NCBI GenBank assembly: GCA_944358415.1
Contig: CALVRA010000002.1
Span: forward strand, 25,769-89,768
Length of the DNA: 64,000 bases
Origin: an uncultured Bacilli bacterium
Lineage (GTDB): Bacteria > Bacillota_I > Bacilli_A > RF39 > UBA660
Reading direction: 5' to 3'
This document shows positions 38,795 through 48,501 of this stretch, one piece after another; within the stretch, counting starts at the first letter, position 1; every line of letters starts with the position of its first letter. The notes beneath the pieces were generated by a model. It was given only the letters and a program-made list of their open reading frames with translations, was not told the DNA's origin and did no database searches. The position numbers were made by a program, and so were the translations under genes.

Positions 38795-40264
38795 ATGAAA
38801 AAGATTGTTAATGGTATTTTAGGATTTGCGATTGGAGATGCGATGGGCGTTTCAGTTGAATTTAAAAATAGAAAAGAACTGCTTGAGAAACCGGTAGTTA
38901 AGATGGAGGGGTATGGAACCTATGATGTACCTGCTGGTAGTTGGTCTGATGATACTTCTATGGTTTTAGCTACTATTGATTCAATTATTAGTATGCATAA
39001 GATTGATTATAATGATATGATGAAAAGGTTTTGTGAGTGGATTAATAATGCAAAGTATACAGCTACAGATAAGGTTTTTGATATTGGAATTACTACTAAG
39101 GAGAGTATTTTAAAGTATTATATGAATAGAATAGATCCTAGTTTATGCGGATCTGCTTCTACCGATAATGGGAGTTTAATGAGGATACTTCCTATTGCTT
39201 TATATACTTATTTTGAGGATACTAATGATGATGAGCTTTTAGAGATAGTTAAAGAATCTTCTATGATAACACATGCCCATGAGTATAGTATTATGGGGTG
39301 TTATATATTTGTGAAGTATGTTCATTTTTTGCTTTCTGGGTATAATAAATTTAAGGCTTATGAAAAGGTTAAAAATTTAAATTTTTATAAATTTAGTGAG
39401 AATGCACGAAGGGCTTATAAACGTTTTTTGACAACAGATTTTGAAAAGTTAGATTTGGATTATATTAAGTCTAGTAGTTATGTTGTTGATACTTTAGAAG
39501 CGGTTATATGGACTTTTTTAAATACTAATAGTTTTATGGAAAGTATTATTGGGGCAATTAATTTAGGTGATGATACTGATACAATAGGTGCTTTGACTGG
39601 TGCTTTAGCGGGTATTTATTATGGAGTGAATGAAAATTTATTGAATGAGGTTCAAAACAAAGATTATTTAATAGAACTTGCTTATAAGTTTGATGAGGAA
39701 CTTAGGCTTAATATTTTGAAGTTTGATGATGTTATTGATGATAAATATGGGATTGTTACAGGATATAAAGATATATTTTTTATAAAGATTGAGGTTAATA
39801 GTACTATATATGGGATTGGTAATAGATATTTAAAAATAGCTAAGAGGATTAATTTTAAATATGGTTTTACAGTTATTGTATCTAGTAATGATTTAAAGTT
39901 AGAGGATGATTTTAATAATTTGAGAGATTATTTGAAAGATAAAAAAATATATTTTATGGGGGTTTCTAATGGAGCTACTCAGGCAATACAAAATATAGAG
40001 ATAGGGAAAAGGATTGATAAGATGTTGCTTGTTAATTTACCTTTGATGATTAATTTACATAAAACTAAAGATGGAATTACTAATTATAATGGTAAACTTA
40101 TATGTGTTTTTGGCAGTAGGGATTCTTCGTTTAATTATTTGCCATTAATTCAAAATTTTAGGAATGTCAATATTGTAGTTATTCCTAATCAAGATCATAA
40201 TTTTACTGTTGGAGATGAGTTTTTGTATTTGTCTGATAAGTATTTATTTGGTGATGTAAAATGA
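38795..40264 (+). CDS. ADP-ribosylglycohydrolase (ARH) domain fused to a C-terminal alpha/beta-hydrolase (Ser-nucleophile) domain
   Basis: N-terminus GILGFAIGDAMGVSVEF…SWSDDTSM… and …NLGDDTDTIGALTGALAGIYYG match ARH family blocks. C-terminal ~190 aa carry a GxSxG-like elbow (FMGVSNGAT) and a late …NQDHNF… His. Confidence 0.55.
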   Translation: MKKIVNGILGFAIGDAMGVSVEFKNRKELLEKPVVKMEGYGTYDVPAGSWSDDTSMVLATIDSIISMHKIDYNDMMKRFCEWINNAKYTATDKVFDIGITTKESILKYYMNRIDPSLCGSASTDNGSLMRILPIALYTYFEDTNDDELLEIVKESSMITHAHEYSIMGCYIFVKYVHFLLSGYNKFKAYEKVKNLNFYKFSENARRAYKRFLTTDFEKLDLDYIKSSSYVVDTLEAVIWTFLNTNSFMESIIGAINLGDDTDTIGALTGALAGIYYGVNENLLNEVQNKDYLIELAYKFDEELRLNILKFDDVIDDKYGIVTGYKDIFFIKIEVNSTIYGIGNRYLKIAKRINFKYGFTVIVSSNDLKLEDDFNNLRDYLKDKKIYFMGVSNGATQAIQNIEIGKRIDKMLLVNLPLMINLHKTKDGITNYNGKLICVFGSRDSSFNYLPLIQNFRNVNIVVIPNQDHNFTVGDEFLYLSDKYLFGDVK

Positions 40265-40644
40265 AAGTGGTTTCAATAAAACAGCCTTATGCATCTTTAA
40301 TCGCTTATGGGATAAAAAAATATGAGTTTCGAACTTGGAAGACAAATTACCGTGGTGAGGTATTAATTCATGCAAGTAAGAGTGTGGATAAAAAAGCGGT
40401 GAAGGAGTTTAATGTTTATGATTTGGATATGCCTGCTGGCTGTATAATTGCGAAGGCTGATATTACTGATGTTATTTTGGTGGATGATGAGTTTAGAGAA
40501 GTTTTGAGATTAGAAAATAGTTTAATTTATAATCATATTATTAATGATAAGAATTTTAAGGGTTATGCTTTTAAATTAGATAATGTTCAGTTGGTGCAAA
40601 GAGTTTTTGTGAAGGGAAAGTTAGGACTTTGGAATTATGAGTGA
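40261..40644 (+). CDS. ASCH (PUA-like) domain protein
   Basis: 127 aa. MKVVSIKQPYASLIAYGIKKYEFRTW… matches the ASCH N-terminal strand pattern. Confidence 0.5.
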   Translation: MKVVSIKQPYASLIAYGIKKYEFRTWKTNYRGEVLIHASKSVDKKAVKEFNVYDLDMPAGCIIAKADITDVILVDDEFREVLRLENSLIYNHIINDKNFKGYAFKLDNVQLVQRVFVKGKLGLWNYE

Positions 40645-40731
40645 TTTATTTCACTTTTTTTGCATATATTTAATTTGACTTTCATTTGTGTTAGTGATAT
40701 TATTGAAATTCAAATTAAAGGAGCTGATTAG

Positions 40732-41412
40732 ATGAAATTTATAGATGAGAATTTATTTGATGATGAGCAGCTAAAAGAAATTAAAAAAGGAAGAAAGCAT
40801 GGACTTTCTAAAAAAGAAGTTTTGTTATATGCGGATAGTAAATTTAGTAGTTTTCAAATGAAACTTATTAGGGGGTTACTTGAAAACGGTATTTCTTATA
40901 GTAAAGTTCAAGAGATAGTAAGTTATGATCTGGATTTTTATCAATTATTGGAAGTTATTGATGGTCTTTTTAAAGGTGTTTCTTTAAAAAAAATGAGACC
41001 ATATTTGAATGGTGATTTTGATTATAATCAATTAAGGGAAATTTTTAAAGGTTTTGAGAATGGTCTTTCTTTGGAAGATGTTCAAAAATATGCGAAAGGG
41101 GAATTTTTCTTTTTTGAAATGAGGTTAATGAGGCTTGGGTATGAGAATGGCTTTGATGAGGATAAGATAAAACTTTATAGTGACAGAAGATTTTCTCAGG
41201 AACAAATGTATCAGATTTATAAAGGTGTGAAGCATGGTCTTGATTTAAAACAGCTTAATGTTTATGCGAAGGAAGAGTATAATAGAGATCAGATGTATTT
41301 AATTAGAATGTGTTTGGAAAATGGATATAGTGCGAATAGTATTGATTTTGAAAAGATAGATGAGATTGGGGATTCTGGTGAGTTTATTAAGGCGTTTGTT
41401 TTGAAAAAATAG
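40732..41412 (+). CDS. hypothetical protein built from five ~45-aa tandem repeats
   Basis: Repeats with consensus …(K/E)..L..YA...F...QM..I..G.ENG(LS)…. No known domain recognised. Confidence 0.35.
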   Translation: MKFIDENLFDDEQLKEIKKGRKHGLSKKEVLLYADSKFSSFQMKLIRGLLENGISYSKVQEIVSYDLDFYQLLEVIDGLFKGVSLKKMRPYLNGDFDYNQLREIFKGFENGLSLEDVQKYAKGEFFFFEMRLMRLGYENGFDEDKIKLYSDRRFSQEQMYQIYKGVKHGLDLKQLNVYAKEEYNRDQMYLIRMCLENGYSANSIDFEKIDEIGDSGEFIKAFVLKK

Positions 41413-41472
41413 GTATTTTAAAAGAGAGTTTTTCTCTCTTATTTTGTTTTAGGATGGGTTTTAGTAAAACAT

Positions 41473-42444
41473 TTAAGAATTGTGTTTAGTATATTTGTAC
41501 TGTTTTATTGGTTTACTTTTTATTAAATTTTTATTTTTAATAAATTTAATTAAAGGGTCTTTTTCAAGTAGTTTTTTGGCAGCTAAAATTTTATTTTTAT
41601 CATTAGATCGTTTGATAATATCATAAAGTTTGATTTTTGTTTTTACAGTGATGACTTTTTTATAAATGGGGATATCTGTTTCAATTAGATTATCAAGTGT
41701 TTGGAGTAGTAAGAAGAATTCTTTTTTAGTGCCATATTTTAAGAATGTGTGATAGACTTTGAAAATGTTATTATGAAAATAAGCATATTCCATATCTTTA
41801 GTGTTATCAAAAAAAAGTTCAAGTATTTTGATAATTTCGATATTATAGGTGTATGAAATTTTTTTAGTGTTGAAGATTCTTTGATTTAAAAGTTCGGTAT
41901 AGCCTTCATCTAGGCCATTTCCTATCCAACAGCTATCTAATTTAGTGTAGAAACCGGATGTTTGGTTTTTAAGTGTTGAAGCCATGTGCAGAAATTCATG
42001 AGATAGAACACTATTTTTATCAAATATTTTATAAATATCAATAGTGTTTTCTTTTGGAAGATATATTCCATCATTTAAATAATTTTGGAGGTATTTTTTA
42101 ATATCATGAATTAAGTCAAAATGATTGACTTTTAAATCTGTTAATCTATTTATGCATACTTGGAAGTTGATAGGATCAATATAATTTTTAAAGGTTATAA
42201 TAATTTCTTTTAATTCATTTGGATAGGATAAATTTTGTAAGATGTTTTCTAAGTCATCTATAGTTTGATTTTGAGTTACTTCTGTGTTTGGAAATTTATC
42301 AATGATGTTATAAGCTTCCATATTTCTTTGTTTGTTTAATTTTAGTGTTTTTAAATTTTGTGGAGTTTCAAAAAGACTATCTATGAGGTAAGTTATCATA
42401 TAAAGCCCAGAGAGGGCTGCAATGATATCAATAATATTTATCAT
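41473..42444 (-). CDS. membrane-anchored putative zinc metallopeptidase (HExxH…E), paralog 2
   Basis: N-terminal TM helix. …VLSHEFLHMAST…GLDEGYTELLNQRIF. Paralogous to ORF 33369..34388. Confidence 0.4.
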   Translation of the reverse strand: MINIIDIIAALSGLYMITYLIDSLFETPQNLKTLKLNKQRNMEAYNIIDKFPNTEVTQNQTIDDLENILQNLSYPNELKEIIITFKNYIDPINFQVCINRLTDLKVNHFDLIHDIKKYLQNYLNDGIYLPKENTIDIYKIFDKNSVLSHEFLHMASTLKNQTSGFYTKLDSCWIGNGLDEGYTELLNQRIFNTKKISYTYNIEIIKILELFFDNTKDMEYAYFHNNIFKVYHTFLKYGTKKEFFLLLQTLDNLIETDIPIYKKVITVKTKIKLYDIIKRSNDKNKILAAKKLLEKDPLIKFIKNKNLIKSKPIKQYKYTKHNS

Positions 42445-42445
42445 A

Positions 42446-43309
42446 TTAGTTTTGAACCAATCTATATAAATTATATGATGGAGTATTGAATAGTCTAAAG
42501 TTATAATTAGAAGCTCCTAAGCCATTTGAAATATATAAGTCTGTATTTTCTATTTTGTAGTAATTATTATGATATTTGATAGCTCCTTCTTTATAGATTA
42601 AAGGACCAATTAATGGGAGTCTTACTTGACCTCCGTGAGAATGTCCAGCTAATATAAGGTTAAATGGGTTAACCGTTAGTTCATCTATGGTATCTGGTTC
42701 GTGTAGGAGTAGTATTTTATAGATTGGACCATCTTTTTCAAAGGAGTTTAGATAATCAATAGATGTTTTTAATTTATCGTTGATGCTTAGTTTGTCTTCT
42801 TTGGTACTAGCTCCAGCAATAAAAATGCTTTGGTAGCCATCTTTATAAATGGTATCATAGGTATTATTTAAATCTTTAAATCCAGCTTTTGTAATGATGG
42901 TCATCCATTCGTCAAAGTTTAAATCATTTTCACCATTAATGGCATATTTGCCAGCGGTTGCATTTATTTTATTTAAAAGAGTACTGATTTGAGTTACGGT
43001 ATTTTGATTTATATAAGTGTTTTTGTCTAATAAGTCTCCAGTTAAAACAACAATATCAGGTTTTTGTTCATTGATACTATCAACTAGTTTTTGTAATTGT
43101 TTTTGGTCAAATATTTTACCATAATGGATATCTGATATATGAACAATTTTAAAGCCATTAAAGTTATCTGGAAGGTTATTAATGGTTATTTTTTGTTCTT
43201 TAACTGTGATTAATTTAGGTTCGATGAAAAAACCATAGGCTATGATGGCTGATATTAGTAAAATTAGAAATACTACTATTTTTAATATAGGATGTTTTTT
43301 TTCTTTCAT
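42446..43309 (-). CDS. membrane-anchored metallophosphoesterase (calcineurin-like, YkuE-type)
   Basis: N-terminal TM helix. Metal-binding motifs …HISDIHYG…, …VVLTGDLLD…, …GHSHGGQVRLP. Confidence 0.65.
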   Translation of the reverse strand: MKEKKHPILKIVVFLILLISAIIAYGFFIEPKLITVKEQKITINNLPDNFNGFKIVHISDIHYGKIFDQKQLQKLVDSINEQKPDIVVLTGDLLDKNTYINQNTVTQISTLLNKINATAGKYAINGENDLNFDEWMTIITKAGFKDLNNTYDTIYKDGYQSIFIAGASTKEDKLSINDKLKTSIDYLNSFEKDGPIYKILLLHEPDTIDELTVNPFNLILAGHSHGGQVRLPLIGPLIYKEGAIKYHNNYYKIENTDLYISNGLGASNYNFRLFNTPSYNLYRLVQN

Positions 43310-43358
43310 GTTTTCACCTACACTAATTTTAGCACATTTAAAAAAAAGACAAAAGTCT

Positions 43359-44063
43359 TTATGAGAATATGAATAAAAAAGTTTGTAAAGCTAAGATTAG
43401 ACCGTTATGCATAAAGTGGAAGAACATACTGACAAAGATGTTATTGGTTTTTTTGAGCATATAGGCAAAGGCAATTCCACAGCACGAATATGATAGTAAG
43501 TATAAAGGAAATAGTTCATTTAAAGGATTTGTTATAAGGTGCAAGCTTCCAAATATTAAACTAGATATGGTTATGAAAAGAAAATCATTTTTAAAAATGG
43601 CTCTAAAACCTAGTCTAAAAACGCTTTCTTCTAGTATTGGGGCGAGAATAACTGCAGATATGAATGTGTATATTGGGAAAATATTGAATTCATTTCTGAT
43701 GGCTGTTTCATTATTTGAAAGACCTCCACCTAATAAATTTATGAAAATATTTGAAGCCATCATGACGATTAGACTAATGATATAATATTTTAAATTATTT
43801 TGAAAATATTTTAAATGATTTTTCTTTATATCTTGAAAAGCTTTGGAAAATTCTTTTTCAAAGATATAGAAAATTATGGAAATCATTAATAGTTCGACCG
43901 ATAGGGTATAAACTACTTTAATAATATTTGGAAGATTTTGAGTATTGATGTGTAGTAAGTCAAAAGGCAAAGTTTGAAAGAAACTAAATAGGAAGTATAT
44001 AAGTATAACGCTAGTGCCTTTTAAAATATATTTTAATTCATTTTTATCTGTTTTTGTTATCAT
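43359..44063 (-). CDS. CPBP family intramembrane metalloprotease (CAAX protease / Abi family)
   Basis: Polytopic membrane protein. Motifs LEESVFRLGF (EExxxR), FGSLH (FxxxH) and HFMHN. Confidence 0.65.
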   Translation of the reverse strand: MITKTDKNELKYILKGTSVILIYFLFSFFQTLPFDLLHINTQNLPNIIKVVYTLSVELLMISIIFYIFEKEFSKAFQDIKKNHLKYFQNNLKYYIISLIVMMASNIFINLLGGGLSNNETAIRNEFNIFPIYTFISAVILAPILEESVFRLGFRAIFKNDFLFITISSLIFGSLHLITNPLNELFPLYLLSYSCCGIAFAYMLKKTNNIFVSMFFHFMHNGLILALQTFLFIFS

Positions 44064-44230
44064 TTTTTATCACCTTAATTATTATAGCACGCTTTTGGAG
44101 AAAAAAGGTAGATATTGTATATAGTTTTATTTAAAAAGTGTGTTAAAAAGGGGAAAAGTATGATATAATTGTCTTAGACGTGCAGAAAGAGTGGGGCTTC
44201 CCACTCTTTAATGTAGTTAGGAGGAGTATA

Positions 44231-44491
44231 TTGGAAAAAGATATTAGAAGTTTGCTTGAGAAGCCAATTGAAGATGCAGGGTATATTTTGGATGAAGTAT
44301 TTTATGGTAAGGAAGATAATATAAATACTTTAAGGCTTGTTATTGATAAAAATGGTTTTATTAATGTTGGAGACTGTGTGAAGGTTAATGAGATAGTAAA
44401 TCCAATTTTAGATGAGGCAGACCCAATAAGTGAAAGTTATGTTTTAGATATTTGTTCTAAAGAGAAAGGTAGTGATGAAGATGGACAGTAA
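44231..44491 (+). CDS. rimP: ribosome maturation factor RimP, short form (N-terminal domain only)
   Basis: Sits immediately upstream of nusA. RimP-like N-terminal domain sequence. Only ~87 aa from TTG 44231 (aggagg RBS at 44219). The C-terminal Sm-like domain appears absent. Confidence 0.45.
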   Translation: MEKDIRSLLEKPIEDAGYILDEVFYGKEDNINTLRLVIDKNGFINVGDCVKVNEIVNPILDEADPISESYVLDICSKEKGSDEDGQ

Positions 44492-45635
44492 AAAGTTTAA
44501 ATTAGCTGTGGAAAATTTATCAAAAGAAAAGGGAATAGATAAAGATATTATTTATGATGCGATGGAACTTGCTTTAACTAGTGCCTATAAGAAAAATTAT
44601 CATTCACTTTCAAATGTTAGAGTTGATATTAATAGAGAAACTGGTGAAATTAAGATTTTTTCTTATAAGACGGTTGTTTTTAGTGAAGAGTTTGAAAAAG
44701 AAGATGGAGTTTTAGAGAAAGAAATTATTACTGATGAGGATGGTAATGAAAAGGAGATAGAAAAGGAATTTCATTTTGATGATAGAATTCATATTACTTT
44801 GGAAAACGCGAGAAAACAAGTTCCTGGGATTGAGATAGGTGAGACTATTGAAAAAGAGGTTACACCTAAGGACTTTGGTAGAGTGGCTGCTTCAACAGCA
44901 AAACAAGTTGTGGTTCAAAAAATTAGAGAAGCTGAAAGAGAAATTATCAATAATGAGTTTGCGGATAAGCAAGATGAGATGATGAGTGGAATAGTTGCGA
45001 TGGAAGATGTACGTAATTATTATATTGATTTAGGCAGAACACAAGGTATTTTACCTAAAAATGAGATTATTCCTGGTGAAAAAATAAAGATGGGTTCTAG
45101 TTTAAAAGTTTATGTTACTAAAGTTGAGAATAATTCAAAAGGGCCTTTGATTTTACTTTCTAGGAAACATTATGGTTTTGTTAAAAGGTTATTTGAACTT
45201 GAAATTCCAGAAATTAATGAAGGTATTATTTTAGTTTATAGTGTAGCTAGGGATGCTGGTAACAGGACAAAGATTGCAGTTTATTCTGAAAATTCTAATG
45301 TTGATCCTGTTGGATCTTGTATTGGTGAACATGGTTCGCGTATTAACAGTATTATTTCTGAGCTTAATGGTGAGAAAATTGATATTGTTAAATATGAGCC
45401 TGATAATGCGAGGTTTATTGAAAATGCTTTAAGTCCTGCTCGTAACTTGCACGTTTTTGTAACTGATGAGAAGAAGAAAGAATGTTTAGTTGTTGTGGAT
45501 AATGAGAATTTATCTTTAGCTATTGGTAAAAAAGGAATGAATGTTAGATTAGCTTCACGTCTTACACATTTTAAAATTGATGTGCTTACAGTAGAGCAGG
45601 CTAAGGAAAAAGGTATTAGTATTTATGAAGGTTAG
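44475..45635 (+). CDS. nusA: transcription termination/antitermination factor NusA
   Basis: N-terminal …LSKEKGIDKDIIYDAMELAL…. S1 and KH domains (…GKKGMNVRLASRLT…). Conserved position in the nusA-infB operon. Confidence 0.85.
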   Translation: MKMDSKKFKLAVENLSKEKGIDKDIIYDAMELALTSAYKKNYHSLSNVRVDINRETGEIKIFSYKTVVFSEEFEKEDGVLEKEIITDEDGNEKEIEKEFHFDDRIHITLENARKQVPGIEIGETIEKEVTPKDFGRVAASTAKQVVVQKIREAEREIINNEFADKQDEMMSGIVAMEDVRNYYIDLGRTQGILPKNEIIPGEKIKMGSSLKVYVTKVENNSKGPLILLSRKHYGFVKRLFELEIPEINEGIILVYSVARDAGNRTKIAVYSENSNVDPVGSCIGEHGSRINSIISELNGEKIDIVKYEPDNARFIENALSPARNLHVFVTDEKKKECLVVVDNENLSLAIGKKGMNVRLASRLTHFKIDVLTVEQAKEKGISIYEG

Positions 45636-45885
45636 AAAAATTCCGATGAGAATGTGTGTGGTGACGAGAGAGAAATTTCCTAAAAATGAGCTTATTAGGG
45701 TTGTTAAAACTCCAGAAGGTACAGTTATTATTGATGAAAGTGGTAAAGCTAATGGTAGAGGAGCTTATTTAAAAAAGGAAAAGGAAGTATTTTTAAAAGC
45801 TAAGAAGAGTAAAATTCTTAATAAACAATTAGAAATAGAGGTGCCATCAGAGATTTTTGATGAACTTGATAATTTATTAGATTAA
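45625..45885 (+). CDS. ylxR: YlxR/RnpM (DUF448) family RNA-binding protein
   Basis: MRMCVVTREKFPKNELIRVV…GRGAYL is the YlxR signature. Lies between nusA and infB. Confidence 0.75.
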   Translation: MKVRKIPMRMCVVTREKFPKNELIRVVKTPEGTVIIDESGKANGRGAYLKKEKEVFLKAKKSKILNKQLEIEVPSEIFDELDNLLD

Positions 45886-45905
45886 TAGAAAAGAGGTGCA
45901 TAAAA

Positions 45906-47999
45906 ATGATGAGTGTTAAAGAGTATGCAGAAGATATTAATCAAGATGTTGCTTTAGTGTTAGAAAAGTGTTTAGAGCTTGATATTGATGTTAAAAACGA
46001 AAATGATTTACTTGATGAAGAAGCTATTGTGATGCTTGATAATAGTTTTGATAAGATTAGTGAAGAGATGGAAGATGAGGAGATAGCTGAGGAAGTTGCT
46101 TTAGAAGAAAGTGGCATGAATGGAGTTAAACAAAATAAGAAAAAAAGTGTGAATACTTTTAAGAAAAATGATAATAAGAAAAGTTTAGCTCAAAAGAAAA
46201 AAGCAATGTATAAGAGTAAAGAAAAGCTTCAAAGTAATGTGGTTAATTTAGATGAGAATGTTGTTTTATATAAAGAAAATATGACGATTGCTGAGCTTGC
46301 GAAAGCACTTGGAGTGGCACCAACAGAGATTATTAAAAAATTATTTTCTTTGGGATTAATGGCTAATATTAATAGTAGTATTTCATTTGAGAATGCAGAG
46401 ATTATTGTGCTTGATTATGGTAAGGAACTAAAGAAAGAGCAAAGTGCGAATGTGGCTAATTTTGAAGAGTTTGAGGTAAATGATAATGAAGATGATTTAG
46501 TTTCAAGACCACCGGTTGTAACGATTATGGGACATGTTGACCATGGAAAGACTACTTTACTTGATGCTATTCGTAAAACTAATGTTGCTTTAGGTGAAGC
46601 TGGTGGTATTACACAGGCTATTTCAGCTTATCAGGTTAAGTATAATGATAAGTTAATTACTTTTATTGATACTCCTGGTCATGCGGCTTTTACAGAAATG
46701 AGAGCTAGAGGAGCTAGTATAACTGATATAGTAATTATTATTGTGGCAGCTGATGATGGTGTGATGCCACAGACTAGGGAAGCGATTGATCATGCGAAAG
46801 CGGCTGGAGTACCAATTATTGTGGCTATTAATAAAATGGACAAGCCAGGAGCTAATCCAGATAAGGTGATGACAGAGATGGCTGAGGCTGGATTAATGCC
46901 AGAAGAGTGGGGTGGAGATATTATCTTTACGAAACTTTCAGCTGTGACCGGTGAGGGGATTGGCGATTTACTTGAAAATATTTTGTTAATTGCAGATGTA
47001 AATAATTATAGAGCAAACCCTAATCGTTATGCGATGGGAACGGTTGTGGAGTCTAGGTTAAATAAACATGTTGGTCCGGTTGTTACGGTACTTGTTCAAA
47101 ATGGTACTTTACGTTTGGGAGATCCAATTGTTGTTGGTACTACATTTGGCAAGATTAGGACTTTAAGAAATGACAAAGGCGAAGAGATTACTAGTGCTTT
47201 ACCGTCTCAGCCGGTTGAGATTACAGGTTTAAATGAAGTTCCTTCAGCTGGTGATAGATTTATGACGTTTGCGACTGAAAAAGAGGCTAAAAGTATTGCT
47301 TCTGAACGTAAGGAACAAGCGAGAGTTCGTGATAATAAGTTAAAAACTTCAGTTTCTTTGGATGATTTATTTGCAAAGATTGGTGAAGGTTTAAAGGAAA
47401 TTAATGTGATTATTAAAGCTGATGTGAATGGTAGTAGTGAGGCTGTTAAAAATAGTTTACAAAAGATTGAAGTTGACGGAGTTAAAATTAATGTTATTAG
47501 AAGTTCTGTAGGTGGAATTACAGAGAGTGATATTGTTTTAGCTAAGGCTAGTGGTGCAATTATTATTGGTTTTAACGTTAGACCTTCTAAAGCTATTTTG
47601 GATAAAGCTAAAGAAGAAGGGGTAGAAATAAGATTTTATAATATTATTTATAAAGCTGTAGAGGAAATGGAATCAGCTATGAAAGGTATGCTTGATCCTG
47701 AATTTGAAGAGAAGATTTTAGGAACAGCAGATATTAGGCAAATATTTAAGTTTTCTAAGATAGGTAATATTGCTGGTTCTTCTGTTAGTGATGGTGTTAT
47801 TAAAAGAGATGCGAAAGCGAGAGTTATTCGTGATGGCGTGGTAATTTATGACGGTAAGATAGGATCTTTACAGCGTGAAAAAGATAGTGTGAAAGAAGTT
47901 AAAAAAGGGTATGAATGTGGAATTACTATTGATGGTTTTAATGATATTAAAGTTGGAGATATTATTGAAGCTTATGAAATGGTAGAAGTTAAAAGATAG
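45906..47999 (+). CDS. infB: translation initiation factor IF-2
   Basis: GTPase motifs GHVDHGKTTLLD, DTPGH and NKMD. 697 aa. Follows nusA-ylxR. Confidence 0.9.
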   Translation: MMSVKEYAEDINQDVALVLEKCLELDIDVKNENDLLDEEAIVMLDNSFDKISEEMEDEEIAEEVALEESGMNGVKQNKKKSVNTFKKNDNKKSLAQKKKAMYKSKEKLQSNVVNLDENVVLYKENMTIAELAKALGVAPTEIIKKLFSLGLMANINSSISFENAEIIVLDYGKELKKEQSANVANFEEFEVNDNEDDLVSRPPVVTIMGHVDHGKTTLLDAIRKTNVALGEAGGITQAISAYQVKYNDKLITFIDTPGHAAFTEMRARGASITDIVIIIVAADDGVMPQTREAIDHAKAAGVPIIVAINKMDKPGANPDKVMTEMAEAGLMPEEWGGDIIFTKLSAVTGEGIGDLLENILLIADVNNYRANPNRYAMGTVVESRLNKHVGPVVTVLVQNGTLRLGDPIVVGTTFGKIRTLRNDKGEEITSALPSQPVEITGLNEVPSAGDRFMTFATEKEAKSIASERKEQARVRDNKLKTSVSLDDLFAKIGEGLKEINVIIKADVNGSSEAVKNSLQKIEVDGVKINVIRSSVGGITESDIVLAKASGAIIIGFNVRPSKAILDKAKEEGVEIRFYNIIYKAVEEMESAMKGMLDPEFEEKILGTADIRQIFKFSKIGNIAGSSVSDGVIKRDAKARVIRDGVVIYDGKIGSLQREKDSVKEVKKGYECGITIDGFNDIKVGDIIEAYEMVEVKR

Positions 48000-48019
48000 A
48001 ACCTATTTGGGTTCTTTTA
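47998..48019 (+). terminator. putative intrinsic terminator or attenuator after infB
   Basis: AGAACC-tatttg-GGTTCT followed by TTTT: a 6-bp stem plus T-run. Weak. Confidence 0.3.
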
Positions 48020-48058
48020 AAATGTTTTTTGGTATGTTATAATTTTAAATGAGGTGAT

Positions 48059-48406
48059 ATGATGAGTAATATAAAAACTGAAAGGATTTCTGATGCATTA
48101 ATTGAACAAATTAGTTATATTATTGCCAATGAGGTTAAAAATGGAAATATTAAGTTTGTAACAATTACTGATGTTAAAGTTAGTTCTGATTTAAGTTATG
48201 CGAAGGTTTATTTTACGGTTTTAGATGAAAGTAAAATTGATTTTACACTTAAGGCTTTGAAGGAAGCTAGTGGTTTTATTCGTCATGAGCTTAGGAATAG
48301 GGTTGATATTAGACAAATTCCTGAGCTTGAGTTTGTGTATGATGAGTCTATTAAAAATGCTCAAAAGATTGAGGATATAATTGATAAGTTACATGAAGAA
48401 AAATAA
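48059..48406 (+). CDS. rbfA: ribosome-binding factor A
   Basis: …RISDALIEQISYIIANEVKN…ITDVKVSSDLSYAKVYFTVL… is the RbfA KH-like core. Position after infB. Confidence 0.8.
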   Translation: MMSNIKTERISDALIEQISYIIANEVKNGNIKFVTITDVKVSSDLSYAKVYFTVLDESKIDFTLKALKEASGFIRHELRNRVDIRQIPELEFVYDESIKNAQKIEDIIDKLHEEK

Positions 48407-48501
48407 AGTTCAAATTTTTGGACTTTTTTTGTTTTAGAAAAAGGAAATTTAATAAAAATATCGTATGTTAATATATGTAGGAGTAAACAAAGGAGGAAAA
48501 T

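Noticed and set aside
44195-44216. Hairpin AGAGTGGGgcttcCCCACTCT as terminator of the upstream gene
   Set aside because: The upstream CPBP gene is on the minus strand and begins, not ends, nearby. More likely a leader structure of the rimP-nusA operon. No T-run directly follows.
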